64,000 bases of DNA. It comes from Eledone cirrhosa (taxonomy: Eukaryota). The stretch lies in contig OZ024740.1 of the NCBI GenBank assembly GCA_964016885.1, positions 120,714,001 to 120,778,000 on the forward strand, given 5' to 3'. Below are positions 43,480 to 59,141 of this stretch, in pieces. The notes under the pieces were generated by a model. That model did no database searches. It was not told where the DNA came from and was given only the letters and a program-made list of their open reading frames with translations. The position numbers were made by a program, and so were the translations under genes. Numbering within the stretch: position 1 is the stretch's first letter; every line of letters starts with the position of its first letter.

Positions 43480-43972
43480 TAACTTCAGAAACATCAACAA
43501 CAGCAGCATTACCAAAAATATCACCAACTACAGCACCAATAACAACACTATTTTATCCGCTTCTACAACTACTGCTTCTCTTGTCGCTGTTGCTGCTGCT
43601 GTTGCTGCTACAGTTGCTGCTAATATTACTGCTGCTGTTGATGCTGTGCCTCGGTTGTTTGTGCTGCTGCTGTGCATCTGTTACTGCTACTGTTGTTGCC
43701 TCTGGGGTTACTGCTTCTTCTGCAGTAGCTACTGCCACCGTTGTTGAGGTTGGTGTGTTGCCATTGTTGCTGCTACTACTTCTGTTGCTGCTGCTACCAT
43801 TGTTGTTGCTGGTGCTGCCTCTGTTGTTACTGCTACCTTTGCCGCTGCTTTTGCTGCTATTGAGGATGATTTCGGGGAAAATATATGCAATTTACAGTTT
43901 TTACTTTCGTAGCCGCAATGAAAACAACAACAACAAGTACTACTACCACTACTACTACCACTACTACCACTG

Positions 43973-44008
<36 letters not shown>

Positions 44009-44320
44009 TTACTAGTACTGCTACTACTGCTGCTGCTGCAACCATCACTTTCTCTATAGAAACAAAACAACATGGGAGCTTCTGTTCCGTGAGTAGCAAC
44101 ACCACAGCTACGGCCGCTATTGCCGTTATCACAGAAACCACCGCCGCCAACATCAGTATCATGTTTATTGATAGTAATGCTATTACTCCTTATACCTCGG
44201 TCATCCTAACTACACATAGCCTCATGAGAACCCCTGAATCTCTCCGGTCGCCATCGTAGCAACTAGCGTCACAAACACCGGCATCACGTTTGTTATTATT
44301 AATGTTACTACTACTACTAG
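43480..44320. repeat. (CTG/TTG/CTA)n trinucleotide low-complexity region
   Basis: Directly visible; it gives the poly-L/T/S/V pseudo-ORFs. Confidence 0.9.
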
Positions 44321-44321
44321 G

Positions 44322-44510
44322 AAGGGCGGTGGATTAGCAGTATCAGTAGAGGGTCGGACGCCATGCTTTCCAGCATAGTTACGTCCCTTTACGATCTGAG
44401 TTCAAATCCCGCCGAGGTTGACTTTGCCTTTCATCCTTACGGGGTCGATAAAATAAAGTACCAGTAATGCACTGGGTATTTGCTGGCCTTGTGCCTAAAG
44501 TAGAGACAAT
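44322..44510 (+). mobile_element. Young tRNA-type SINE
   Basis: GGCGGTGGATTAGCAGTATCAGTAGAG...GAGTTCAAATCCCGCCGAGG...GGCCTTGTGCCTAAAGTAGA. Further copies at ~38020-38150, 42820-42970, 44720-44850, 45640-45750 and 62455-62565. Confidence 0.92.
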
Positions 44511-45603
44511 TAATGTTACTACTACTAATACTCCAGTTTGACATAGATTGAAAATACGGTTCAACCACCTCGGTCATTAGTACTACACTGCTACCACAAA
44601 CACTACCTTCACCACCACCACTAACAGCACCACTACCTAATTTTGCCACCTGGCGAAGCTCACCAGTCTTTAGGCTTGAACCCTGTCGACTTTTTTAGAG
44701 AGTAAAGAATAGACTATAATGATGCTTTATTTATCGAGATCAAAAGATTAAAAGTAAAGTTGACAACGCGACGGGATTTGAACTCAGAGCCGGACTGAAT
44801 CCCTCAAAACATTATATCAGACGCTCAAATTATTCAAGTCGCCAATCTAGTAATACTGCCACTAATGGTTTGTTATCTTAAATTATAGTGTCTCGTCCTT
44901 GGCTCTATTACACCGGCCGCTAGTCTCACTTTTAGCAACCACTACGACTACCAGCAATACGGTTGTTGTTAGTAATACGATTACCAATACTTTTGTTATC
45001 TAACCGTTTCGTTATCATATTTCTAATAAAATGCACCGCCTATATGTTTCAATTCATTTTGAAAGAATTTAATAATATAACATACTTTCTCATTATTAAG
45101 CTAGAATTTGGAACATGATACAATTTCTTACATAGAATTATGATCTCGTTAGGTGAATAAAACATCTCAGAAAAGATTTGTATCGTCGAACCAGGGATAA
45201 TTTCCGGTAGTTTGATACTAAATGGGTTTCATATTTCAAACGTCCTCTGCCTAACGATAACTTCTGGTGACACTGCTATCATATCACCAAAGTTTGAATT
45301 TAGTGATGTTGATTGATACCCATGGATGGAAAACATAATTCTTCACCAGGTTTAACACCATTACATGACATTTGGGAATCTCTGATTTTAGAATACATTC
45401 CTCTTTCCCTTCCAGCAATATCAGTGACTCTGTAAAACTTCAGAGGCACTGCCCTTCTCTCTGACTAAATAGCAAAATAAAACACTACTTTTGCAATGTG
45501 ATCCTCTATTCGTCTTGTCCAGTGGACCCGTGCCGTGAATGATGACGACAGCAACTCCGATTAAGTAATGACTTAAACTTTAATGACCCGTTCAACACAT
45601 GCC

Positions 45604-45643
<40 letters not shown>

Positions 45644-45928
45644 CGTTAGAACGTTGGATAGCATGCTTTGCGAGTTCAGATTCCGCCGCCGTCCATATTG
45701 CATTTCTTCATTTCTAGGATGATAAAATAGTACCAGTTAAGTACTGAGATGGTTTCTTACTCTATAATTCTTTCTCACTTCTCTTCTCTCGCTCTCTCTA
45801 TCCTTCTCTAGAAGAAATATGTCGTGTTCAAATCTGGAGAGGAATGGGCTCCGCCAAGATAAGAAATTGCCCTAGAAAAGACGTATATCAATAGGGCCCC
45901 ACTATAACTGCATCAGGAGTTACGGAAC

Positions 45929-46003
<75 letters not shown>

Positions 46004-46120
46004 GTGTATGTATATTTTGCAAGAGATGTCAATATGAATGCGCCTGTTATTTTTATCTAAATACATTTTTTTTCCAATTCCAACCCACCCGGCCCTCAAT
46101 CTATCTTATTTCTCATTCTT

Positions 46121-46156
46121 TCTTCTGATGAAGGACTAGCGTCCGAAACGTTAAGA
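46121..46156 (+). ncRNA. Minimal type I hammerhead ribozyme
   Basis: TCTT-CTGATGA-a-GGAC tagc GTCC-GAAA-CG-TT-AAGA. Confidence 0.88.
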
Positions 46157-46241
46157 CCCGCTTCCTGCTATATAAAGCGTTAACTTAATATATCCCTTCT
46201 ATATACTGTACCGATTGTGTTGCTATTTCTGTTTACCTTTT

Positions 46242-46340
<99 letters not shown>

Positions 46341-46410
46341 ATTGGTACAGTATATGGAAGGGATATATTAGGTTAACACTTGATATAGCAGGAAGAGGGT
46401 CTTAACATTT
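46146..46410. repeat. Inverted repeat (~70 bp arms) enclosing a microsatellite
   Basis: 46146-46216 pairs with 46341-46410. Confidence 0.85.
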
Positions 46411-46414
46411 TATA

Positions 46415-46482
<68 letters not shown>

Positions 46483-46891
46483 CCTAATAACTTATTTTAG
46501 TTATTATTGCGCCAACGTGAGGTATATGATTTTTAATGCAATGAAATACCTATGACCGTTGGTAAATCACTGATGAGGGACTCATTTTATAACATGTTAT
46601 TCATGTGCAACCATGCAGTATTCTTCTCCCCATTTTTTCATATATATATATATATATATGAAAATGTTCAGGACCCCGACGGCAGAGCTCAAACCGTTTC
46701 GACGGTGGAGGTGCGTGGCTCAGAGGTTAGGGAATTGGAATCACAATAGAGATGTTTTTCCTTCTAGGAGGAATTGTGACGAGTAGATAGTATCAGCAAC
46801 AGAATGACCAATAAAAAATGTGTCTCCTTGGTCCAATTTCAGGTGTTCTACCAAACTGAGCAAGCGATTGAGGTTTGAGATCTTGTGGATC

Positions 46892-46978
<87 letters not shown>

Positions 46979-47040
46979 CAGTAGTAATAGTTTCCTTTCT
47001 GCGTAAACGTACGTACCTGGTGTGTGTGTGTACACATATA

Positions 47041-47083
<43 letters not shown>

Positions 47084-47230
47084 GGAGTTAGTTTCACAAC
47101 AAAGGTGAAACACGTTTTCTAGAGTATGGTTCGCTAATTTGAGGTGGAACTAAAGCTATATCAAACTCGTACTCTAGACAAAGTGCTCTACTCAATACGG
47201 ACATAACCTCCTGTTTTTTTACTATATATA

Positions 47231-47525
47231 TATTGTTATACTTTGGGAGGATTATCCTGCCAATAAAAATACGCGCCCCTGTTGGATTTCACTTCCATTT
47301 ATTATACATTTCTGGTTGGTTGATTCAATAACCGGATGGTTGATTATATATACAATAAATAAACAACCATCCGGTTATTGAATCAACCAACCGGAAATTT
47401 ATAAATTGAAGTGAAAATCAACAAATGCGTGTTTTTATATTGACATCATGCCCCTCCCAAAATATAACAATATCTGTTTCAACACATGTTTTCAGATGAA
47501 ATCCTGCAAAACAAATTAAAATACG

Positions 47526-47530
<5 letters not shown>
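47231..47530. mobile_element. Fold-back palindrome of the 20.8/33.4 kb Penelope-like family, lacking the HHR
   Basis: 47231-47347 pairs with ~47355-47471. The shared 3' tail runs to 47530, followed by (TA)n. Confidence 0.88.
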
Positions 47531-47589
<59 letters not shown>

Positions 47590-48499
47590 TTCGTTTTTTA
47601 ATTTGTTGTTAGGAGAAACAGACAACATCACATCTTCCTTTACTATAACGACTCTATATGTCTGCAGCTTCACTTACTCTTTTTTTTATCCCGCTCCTTG
47701 AGGGGCGATGGAACTGAGGGGGCTATGCTCCCGCTTCCCCATAATTATGTTTTTTTTTCCTAAACTACCAAAACACACATCTATTTGTATATGCTGTACA
47801 GTTTATGTGCATGTTATGTTTATCACATATCGAATCGAAGTTTTTTTTTTCATATCTTGGTTGATATTTGATAATAACACTGTAATATATGATGTTAACT
47901 TTCATAGTAAATTTGTTTGTCATTTCATGTCTATTTCTCCACATAACATTATTTGCCAATTGCTAGTATGTGTATTCAGAGACAGATTTCCTAGCTCATT
48001 TTACTATAATCACTTTATAATTATTGTAAGTTGTAAATGTAATATGACTTGCTTGGACTCATATTAATTTTCTGACAATATTAGAGTGCAAAGAGCTAAA
48101 CTAATCACAACAATTAAATTGACCAAATTTGTCCACACACCCAATTCAGAAATGCTTCCACCATATATATATATATACTCAAGTACCAAATAGTAGAGGG
48201 CTGGGGTCATTTGCTGAAATTCTTATAAGCGGCGGTGGGGAATCGGTAATTGTATAATGTACGTTTGTAAATATGGGATTTATTAAAATGTTCTTCTTCT
48301 GTCATATATTTTTTTCTTTTAATGTAAAATAAAATAACTATTAGATTCTCCAGTTGCTGTATCGATATGAAACACTTACTATAATATTTCACCAGAGAGA
48401 GATTATCAAATTTTAATAAGCCAGGATTGGAATGAAAACGAGGGTGGTGTGTGGAAAACATTTGTAAAAGTAATAAGCGGAGGGAGGGGAAATTATTAC

Positions 48500-50845
<2,346 letters not shown>

Positions 50846-50859
50846 TCTAAAAAACCTAA

Positions 50860-51100
50860 AGTCTGTCTTAAGCCAGAAAGCACATTTGGCCAGTGCTTAC
50901 CCCGGTTTTAGATCGTGAAGCCACTAAGAGTACAAGACTCCGTCGTCCCCTCCTTGGACAGGACGCCAGTCCATCGCAGGGTTAATCCCCCAGCTCCCAG
51001 CTATTCTTGGTACTCATTTTTAGCCTACTATACTGGAGCAATGTAAAATGAAGTGTTTTGCTCAAGAACGCAACACGCAATCAAGGATTCGAACCAACGT
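50860..51100 (-). mobile_element. Second SINE family (CORE/V-like centre, L2-like tail)
   Basis: TGGACAGGACGCCAGTCCATCGCAGGG...GGTACTCATTTT...AAGTGTTTTGCTCAAGAAC.CAACAC...ATTCGAACC. A related fragment lies at ~61740-61830. Confidence 0.7.
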
Positions 51101-52116
51101 CTATATTTTATTTTTTGTTTATTTGATATAATAAATTCTTTTAAAGCTTATTTTCTTTTATAGCTGAACTTCATTTGAATATCTAAAATTTAATTAGCGT
51201 AAAATGTTACTTATGTGATAGGGTCCGGGAAATGCACCATAAGTAATTTAAGAATCAACAAATGTTGGTTCGTCCCCCTCACATTTTTAAGGCAAACGAG
51301 GCCCCTGGCACTAGTCGTTTAGTTCGTGGCAGTGAGTGGGGTTAGGAGAATTGTTGTTATTGTGGTTGTTGTTGGTGGTGGTTGTGGTATTACTATTACC
51401 CTACCCTGGATGTGGTTGTTGTGGTAATTGTCATTGGTTTTGTTATTGTTGGCGGTTCTAGAGTTGTTGATATCGCTACCACCGCCGCCGCAGTGACCAC
51501 GGTCACTCAATTGTCATACCCGCCCCACCTTAGCCAAATAAATGATACTTCAGACCGCTTGCCCTATCAAGTAGGCTTCACGTCTATCCAACATCATTTA
51601 CCGATCCCCTGTTTACTGTCGTAGTAGTATCAAAGAGACACGCTTCGTCCACCGCATTCTACTACAATCCTTGTCGTCACTATCGTTGCCGACAGTATTG
51701 TTGTTATTGTTGTTATTATGTTTGTTGTTGCTGTCTTAGTTGTTTATAGAGTCATCGCCAGATTTTATTTTACGTCTATTTTGTTCTCTATTCTCCCCTT
51801 GGCAATTCTGTCCATCTTAATATTTTTTTTTTTTTTTATTTTTTTTATTTTCATTTTATAACTTCCCTATTTGCCTATCCATTTATTTATCTCCTTCCCT
51901 CCACACCCCAAAATAAGTGTACATAAAGGAATCATTTGAGTTCTTTCATCAGTTAGATTGTGTTCCCCGCTTACGAACGCACATCTGATAAGATTACGGT
52001 TCGAAGTCTAGCCCCGAACATTATGATCAAACCCAGGTCTGATCGATATCGAAACAAATGTCATATGCAATAAAGTTTACTTATGGTACAGCCTTGACTT
52101 CGTTCTTGCTCACATG

Positions 52117-52185
<69 letters not shown>

Positions 52186-52984
52186 CCGGCAAGGGCTGGG
52201 TTTGGGATTCTGTCGATCGATTGGTTATTGATTAGGCGATACCCGGTGATGAAGCCGCATAAGCTGATTATGCATTGTTGCATAATATATGCAGACGGAG
52301 GGTGCAGTGCACATTACTGCTGTTTAAATGTGGCCGAAACTCGAGGCCGGGAACTATTATAGGCACCCGTTTTACGTGTGTTGTATTGAAGCGAATAACT
52401 ATGTGTATACTCTGGGAATGTATCTTACATTGAGCATTGAGCAGGCTGAGATACAATCGGTCCTGGCATTGATAAATATGCTGGGTCCGTCAACTCCTTA
52501 TTATATATATATATATATATATATAGCCGTAGGAGACGCAAGTGTTTTTCCAAATTGGTCTGATTCTAACACTTTAATATTTCTTCTTTTACTTATTTCT
52601 TCTTTTCTTCTTTTAATATTGTAAAAACTTTAACCTAAAACGTCAGATCATTTCTTTCTCTTTTCATTAGACGTAAATATTTTCATTCGTGTACATTTTT
52701 TTTTAGCTTTCTGCTTATATAACTTGTCCACCACATGTCTTTTTTTCTTCTTTTGTTTATCCTTTTTTAAACTCTCCCGTTGTTCAGCTGTCTCTTCTTT
52801 CACATTATTTCCCTCGTTCGATTTGTGCCGTGTTTACTGCCTGAGCTCCTCCTTCCCCCACAAACACTTACGCATGTATGTTATTCTCCTTTCCTTAATT
52901 TTAAGTTTATTTTTGAACGGCCACCTTCCCGGTGGCAATGATGTAAAGAATGGAAATTGTCCTCATTTCCTGTCTAAACATACA

Positions 52985-53800
52985 TCCTTTGAATCGTTTA
53001 GAAAGTTTTAGAAATTTGAATGTTTCAGATAACGCGGCCATTTGTAGCTTATGAATTAAGGAGTGATGTTCTTTCTCCACAAACACAAGTTCAATTATTC
53101 GTTGGTTCAGGCTGGTTGGTGTGTAGCCTGCAGTTTCAATAATGAACGTATATCTTAGATATTGGGTTTTCAAACTTCGTATCAATGGTCCATAGTTATC
53201 CCCCTTCTCTTGCATTTTTCTTACTACATTGACATCCAGTGGGCAGCGACTTAGAAGTCAACAAAGCATATTTTTTTAATGTGTGGTCCTAAACAACATT
53301 ATCAGGTCGGTTGTGCTTTAATTTGCTGACAGTTTTCTTTTTTAGGATCCACCAATATTCCTTCCATTCATCAGACTCAAAATATTCCTCCCTATGTGTT
53401 CGTTTTAGCTGTCACATCATGTCTCATATGTGGGGTATAACGAGGAAACATTATTTCACAGTTGGCAAATATATGGTTAACATCTTTAATCTTTATTTTG
53501 CAAAGCCTACATTTATTGTCAATTAATGAGTCTTCTTTTCTGCAGCAGGTACTTGGTAGGGATCTCTTGTTCCTGAATTGCATGGGGATATACTTCAAGG
53601 TAGAATGTTATTTAGTCTATGATTTTCGTCACAAATATCCATTTACAACCTTCTCAATGAATTGGACAGGTTACGTATGTTCTTCGAGCATTAAGAAGAG
53701 TCCTCCAATGATACTAGGAGAGAGATTTGCAACAGGTTTTATTTCACGTAGAAATATTAGTATGTAATCTTACCGCATTCTGTAGATCAACATTTCCATT
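52985..53800 (-). mobile_element. Decayed R4/Dong-like non-LTR fragment (CCHC knuckle plus RLE)
   Basis: KCRLCKIKIKDVNHIFANC...RHDVTAK; KHNRPD; CPLDVNV...EKGDNYGPL. Confidence 0.85.
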
Positions 53801-53904
53801 ATATGGTATGTTGCCTTCATATAAAGAGTAACTACGCATCGTAACGCTTGCAATTAATTATGTATGCTGGTAAGTATGTAACTATATATGTATTTATTTA
53901 TGTA

Positions 53905-54215
53905 TATACGTTCTTCTGGTTTTATAATTTTATAAATGTTTACCAATAGAGAGAAAGTCGGTTTCTAACATAGATACGATACTCTCTCATCAGAATTTAC
54001 ACAACATCAACTAGGTAGATATGTCTGCATCTCTGCATGCATGCATGTGTGTGCAAGTATGGATGTTATTGTATGTGTGGATGTGTATGTTTTGAGTTAT
54101 ATGTGTACAAGTGTATATGCAGTTATTAGATGCAGAATTTTTGGAATGTTTTACATATCTTTACTGTTTCATTAACGGATTGTACTTGTAATTTCCTAAC
54201 TAGTCGTGTTTGCAT
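53905..54215 (-). mobile_element. 3' end and UTR of an R4-like element (same family as 40.5-41.1 kb)
   Basis: The reverse complement matches 40870-41130. Confidence 0.8.
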
Positions 54216-54274
54216 GTATGTCCTGATTTATACCGTTATTTAGCGGTTCGAGTTCGCTAAAGTAAGTACTTGAC

Positions 54275-54334
<60 letters not shown>

Positions 54335-54919
54335 GAGATAGGTTATAGTATTAGCTATATTCCCATTTGCTCACATTTACTCACTAAATGAGAATATGGT
54401 ACGAAATATTATCGAGCAAAGCTGTCTCAGAATGCTAACTTAGTGTATATTCGTAATGTGGCGTTACCACACGTACGTCTGCATACGTGTTTCTGCCAGT
54501 GCAAAAAGTTACAAACAATGCAATTTGCAGCTTGCCGAAAACTGATACTGCGTTGGCTTCATCAGCAGACACTGAATTATGGAGAGAGAGAAGAAAGTTC
54601 GTTCTAACTCTTTGAACGTGTAAGATAAATTAATGATTTGACAGTGTTGTCTGTAGGAGGCAGTGACGTCATGTGAGGGAAAATGGTCTTTCTTTCGCCA
54701 TAGGATAGTGGTGGAAAGCGGGAACATTTGAAATCGAATATATTTCAGTTAATCTTGGGTGGGGTTTGATGTTTTTTTTCTAATTTATTCTTTTATTAAT
54801 TCTTTTATTCTGCTAATGGTTTCACTTCTTTCCTGGGACACTCTCTTCAAGAGATGTAGTCCATCACATCAGCCCATGTAAATGTAACAGTACAGAGGAC
54901 CTCCTCAGCAGAATCAATT

Positions 54920-56657
54920 AGTGCAACAAAAACAAAAACCTATCTAACTGCGTAATAGGTAGTATGGACGTGGTATCAATATACCCATCCATTAACATTG
55001 ATTTTGCTGTACTAACAAATGTGATTTAGAATGTAGCACAATGGAAAGCATCCAGCAGATAGCTAACTCCATACACCAGAGTATAACTGTAACTATTGAC
55101 TTCCCTTAAAAACACCCAAACAATAGACTACCTGTATTAGACACGGAACTCTGGATTAAAACTATAGACGAGAGGGCCCAAATTCTTCACTCACACTACG
55201 CTAAACCCATGGCCTCCAAATACCTGATAATCAAAACCTCAGCAATGTCCAGTAGTGCTAAGTTTAATATTCTGATAGCAGACTTGGTAGGAGTGATGAA
55301 GAACGTATCCCGCATATGCGACCCAACAAAAATGGAAAGACACATCCAACACTTCGTCAACCGCATGCAGTTCTCTGGTTACAATCAAAGAGACAGAATC
55401 AGAGTATACAAAGTATACCACGGAGAAGAATAAGACCCTAATGGAACTGGACATGAAAGGAATTTGCCCATTATACAGGAGCAAATCATGGAATAGCTTA
55501 GACAGGACTAAACATAAGATAGGGAAAGCCACCTCATGGTACGACAACCAGAGATACCAGTGTGTCATGTTCGTGGACGCTACCCCTGGAGGGAAATTAG
55601 CTAACCAGTGTAGAAAGGCCCTGAGAAAGACCCACTTAAAGATTAAAGTGGTAGAAAAGCCAACAACTACCATAAAATCCGTGATCAGCAAAACATACCC
55701 TTTTCACAAAACCCACTGTACTAATAGGAAATGCGTTATATGTAAAGTAAACCCCCAGATAAACTGTAAAACTAGAAACATAGTCTATAGCATAAGATGT
55801 ACAGAGGGTACTTGCAGAAACATGACAACAACATACATAGGCGAGACAGCTCAAAGCATAGGAGAAAGGATAGGCCAACACTGGGGGGAATTAAAAGGAC
55901 GAAAACAAAACGGTTCAGAACTATACGAACACGCCAGACAACAACATGACGGTAACATAGACAACATAGAAATTAAAATAATATCTAACATAGAAATGAC
56001 CCAGCAGATAGGCAAATAAGAGCGGCAAGCGAAATAGAGCTTAGAAGGCCAAAGTTAAACGGAAAAAATGAATCGAATAACAACAACACCCAAACAAACA
56101 ATACTGACTTAATATAAATATAAATAAATAAATAAATAAATATATATATACACAAGCACAATAACAACAAACACATATAAACACACACTAGTAAACTAAG
56201 ATAGAATACAATAACCAAAATACAGTCACCCAAACGCGAACACACACCAAACACTATACACACACGCAAACGCATGCGCAGAGAAGAAGCGAAATATAAA
56301 TAAATAAACAAACAGATAAAAGAAAAATGGCGTAGACATACAATACAATAGGAGGAACATAATAGTACACTGATGATGTTGCATATGTGCAACGAAGGAA
56401 CTTGTTAGACTATATATGTGTGTTTATATCTATATTATATCTGTATTTTTGACCGTTGGTCAGTCAATGGTAAACATTGAGGACCAAATGAATTAACTGC
56501 GGAGATATAAAAGATATAGAAGCGAAAACCAACCCAACAATGAGTGTGTTCTGTTATTATTTCTGGCAATACTATTACAACAATATGACCCTCCCCAAGT
56601 ATAACAATATTTGTTTCGACACACGATTTCATATCAAAAACATCGAAAAGCAAATTC
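54920..56657 (+). mobile_element. Penelope-like element (Naiad/Neptune-type), internally deleted: RT remnant, GIY-YIG endonuclease and pseudo-LTR with degenerate HHR (56367-56405)
   Basis: IGSMDVVSIYPSI; LPVLDTELW; HYAKPMAS; Cys-rich linker CTNRKCVIC...C; NIVYSIRC...YIGETAQSIGERIGQH...YEH...H. The 3' end abuts (CA)n. Confidence 0.92.
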
Positions 56658-56665
56658 ACACACAC

Positions 56666-56789
<124 letters not shown>

Positions 56790-56817
56790 GCACACACACA
56801 CACACCCACACACACAC

Positions 56818-56906
<89 letters not shown>

Positions 56907-56912
<6 letters not shown>

Positions 56913-57590
56913 AAATATTTAAAAAAAGAATAATAGATACAATATACCAATTTTTTCTTAGTCCCGACTGTACAGTTTCGCTGGTCACTATGCAAACATG
57001 TTATATCATAGATATGTAACATTGTTGTGAGGTAAGCCAGCTTATCAAGAGAGCACCTCAGGGAAGAGCCCTAACTACATACGTCTGTAGCATGCGAGAA
57101 AATTTCAGTGATACACCGGTCAAGAAAGGGGATTAATCCCTTGTAGCAGTGAAAATATCTCAGAAGGCGGATTGTCTCTAACTCCCTGACGGTAGAGTAA
57201 CCACGGAAGTATAGTGACTGCTTTAAAGCAAACACTATATACACTTCTAGACAACCTTACCACCCTTCTGTAGCCTATGTATCATATCAATATCTCCCTC
57301 CGCCTTATGAGATATTTTCACTGCTACAAGGGATTAATCCCCTTTCTTGACCGGTGTATCACGTGATAGAGTCTCCCTCCGCCTTTCTGAGATTTTCTCG
57401 CATGCTACGGACGTATGTAGTTAGGGCTCTTCCCTGAGGTGCTCTCTTGATAAGCTGGCTTACCTCACAACAATGTTACATATCTATGATATAACATTTT
57501 TGCATAGTGACCAGCGAAACTGTACAGTCGGGACTAAAGTGAAAAGTAGGTATATTGTATCTATTATTCCTTTTTATAATATTTTATATA
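56907..57590. mobile_element. Large fold-back palindrome (~260 bp arms, 127 bp spacer) with a long-helix-II HHR variant in each arm (56962-57065 -, 57430-57533 +)
   Basis: The arms are near-perfect reverse complements. HHR: TTCC-CTGAGGT-GCT...AGC-GAAA-CTGTACAG-TC-GGGA (A9U). Confidence 0.88.
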
Positions 57591-57970
57591 ACTCTGATAT
57601 CGTGTCAATTTAATTATTTCGATTATCTTGTCTCTCATAATCATAGAGTAACAATGGTTAAGGTCGACAACATACAATCTCACATACTTGCGAAAAATAT
57701 ATGTTTATATATACATGTATATGTATGTATACACATATATTTGTATACCTCTCATTATTGTATATACATATATATATATATATATGAGGAACCAGTAAGA
57801 CCCCGACAGCTGAGCTCAAGCCGTTTCGACGGCTAATTCTGGATATATATATATATATCCCCCACCCCCACTCTCAAGCGTGAACCTAATATTAACACTT
57901 TGTACTGCCTCTTCGCATTGTTTTCGTTTTTTTTTTCAGTTTTAACTATAATATATATATATATATATAT

Positions 57971-58306
57971 ATATCATAGGTATATATTGAGTTAGAAACT
58001 CATATTAGTCTCTTACAATTAAATAGCTCAGGGGAATAGATTTTTCCGAGCCGTGTAATATAATTGAATATAAAAGAGATATAAACACAGATATATACAT
58101 ATATGTGTTCAAATCTTAAGGGACAAGATTCACTAGGGTGAAAAAAATACCAACTAAGAATATTAGGGTTTGCCAGACTCAATTTAAAAGAATAAATCAA
58201 GAAAATAAATATAAACCGATATTGGGGCTCGGAAAAATCTATTTCCTTGAGCTATTTAATTGTAAGAGACTATTTTGAGTTTCTAACTCAACATATACCT
58301 TTGATA
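57971..58306. repeat. Inverted repeat (~80 bp arms, ~175 bp spacer) at the head of the double-HHR element
   Basis: 57971-58050 pairs with 58226-58306. Confidence 0.88.
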
Positions 58307-58472
58307 TATTCAGCTACTTCAGTTTGAAGAGCTAATTTAAATGTCGAGTAAACTTGACAGTTATTTTTAGTAGTATAGGTTTATGAGACACGCTAGGTTC
58401 ATGTGCGTTATTTTATATACGCACACTATTCAGTCTTCTAAGATACTTAGAAGTGAAGGGTTTATTAATTTC

Positions 58473-58552
58473 ACACCCACTGATGAGCAAAAGAATTGTT
58501 AATTCTCTTCACTAAAATTGCGAAACAGCATCACCAAAAGCTGTCTGGGTGT
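58473..58552 (+). ncRNA. Canonical type I hammerhead ribozyme (GUC site, predicted cleavage after 58545)
   Basis: ACACCCA-CTGATGA-GCAA...TTGC-GAAA-CAGC atcaccaaaa GCTG-TC-TGGGTGT. The core is intact and all three helices pair fully. Confidence 0.93.
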
Positions 58553-58688
58553 CTGGCAGTTGCCCCAATTGGTTTAGTTTGCTAATATCAGCCAGTCTGC
58601 TAATATGCTAATCAGGCCGAACAGTCACTGTATATTTTAGAAAATATATTTTCACTAGCACTGAGAGCTGGCAGGTGAACAGTGAGCT

Positions 58689-58728
58689 GTACTGATGAAT
58701 GGTGATACCCAGAAACATTAGTGTCTGC
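58689..58728 (+). ncRNA. Second type I hammerhead ribozyme (GUC site)
   Basis: GTA-CTGATGA-a-TGG tgatac CCA-GAAA-CA ttag TG-TC-TGC. Confidence 0.65.
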
Positions 58729-58910
58729 TGTTCTGTTTACATGCCAACACAAGAGCACGAATGAAGTGTTCATTCTACTGACATGGCTTTAAAAATGAGG
58801 CTTGTTTGCGTATTTGCAAACGAATCGAATGTTATTATTAATATTCGAAAATGTCAGATACATTTATTGTATTCAGCCATGTAGAGCGAAACTTTTCTTT
58901 TATATATTTG

Positions 58911-58973
<63 letters not shown>

Positions 58974-59039
58974 TATATATATAATTGGTGTGGGATGCTT
59001 AAAGCATTCGGATGCGGTAGGCCGTTTGTGATATATATA

Positions 59040-59060
59040 TACCAAGGATCTCACACATTT

Positions 59061-59114
<54 letters not shown>

Positions 59115-59141
59115 GTTAGAAAATGTGTGAGATCCTTGGTA
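59040..59141. repeat. 23-bp perfect inverted repeat enclosing (TA)n
   Basis: TACCAAGGATCTCACACATTTTC ... GAAAATGTGTGAGATCCTTGGTA. Confidence 0.88.

Noticed and set aside
53945-54000. CTGATGA...GAAACCG in the R4-like 3'UTR as a hammerhead
   Set aside because: The helices do not pair, and the homologous copy at ~41045 lacks the CTGATGA box.
54920-56060. Selenocysteine recoding as reported for some Naiad PLEs
   Set aside because: The interruptions I see are TAA/TAG stops and frameshifts, not TGA at Cys positions, and no SECIS was identified.
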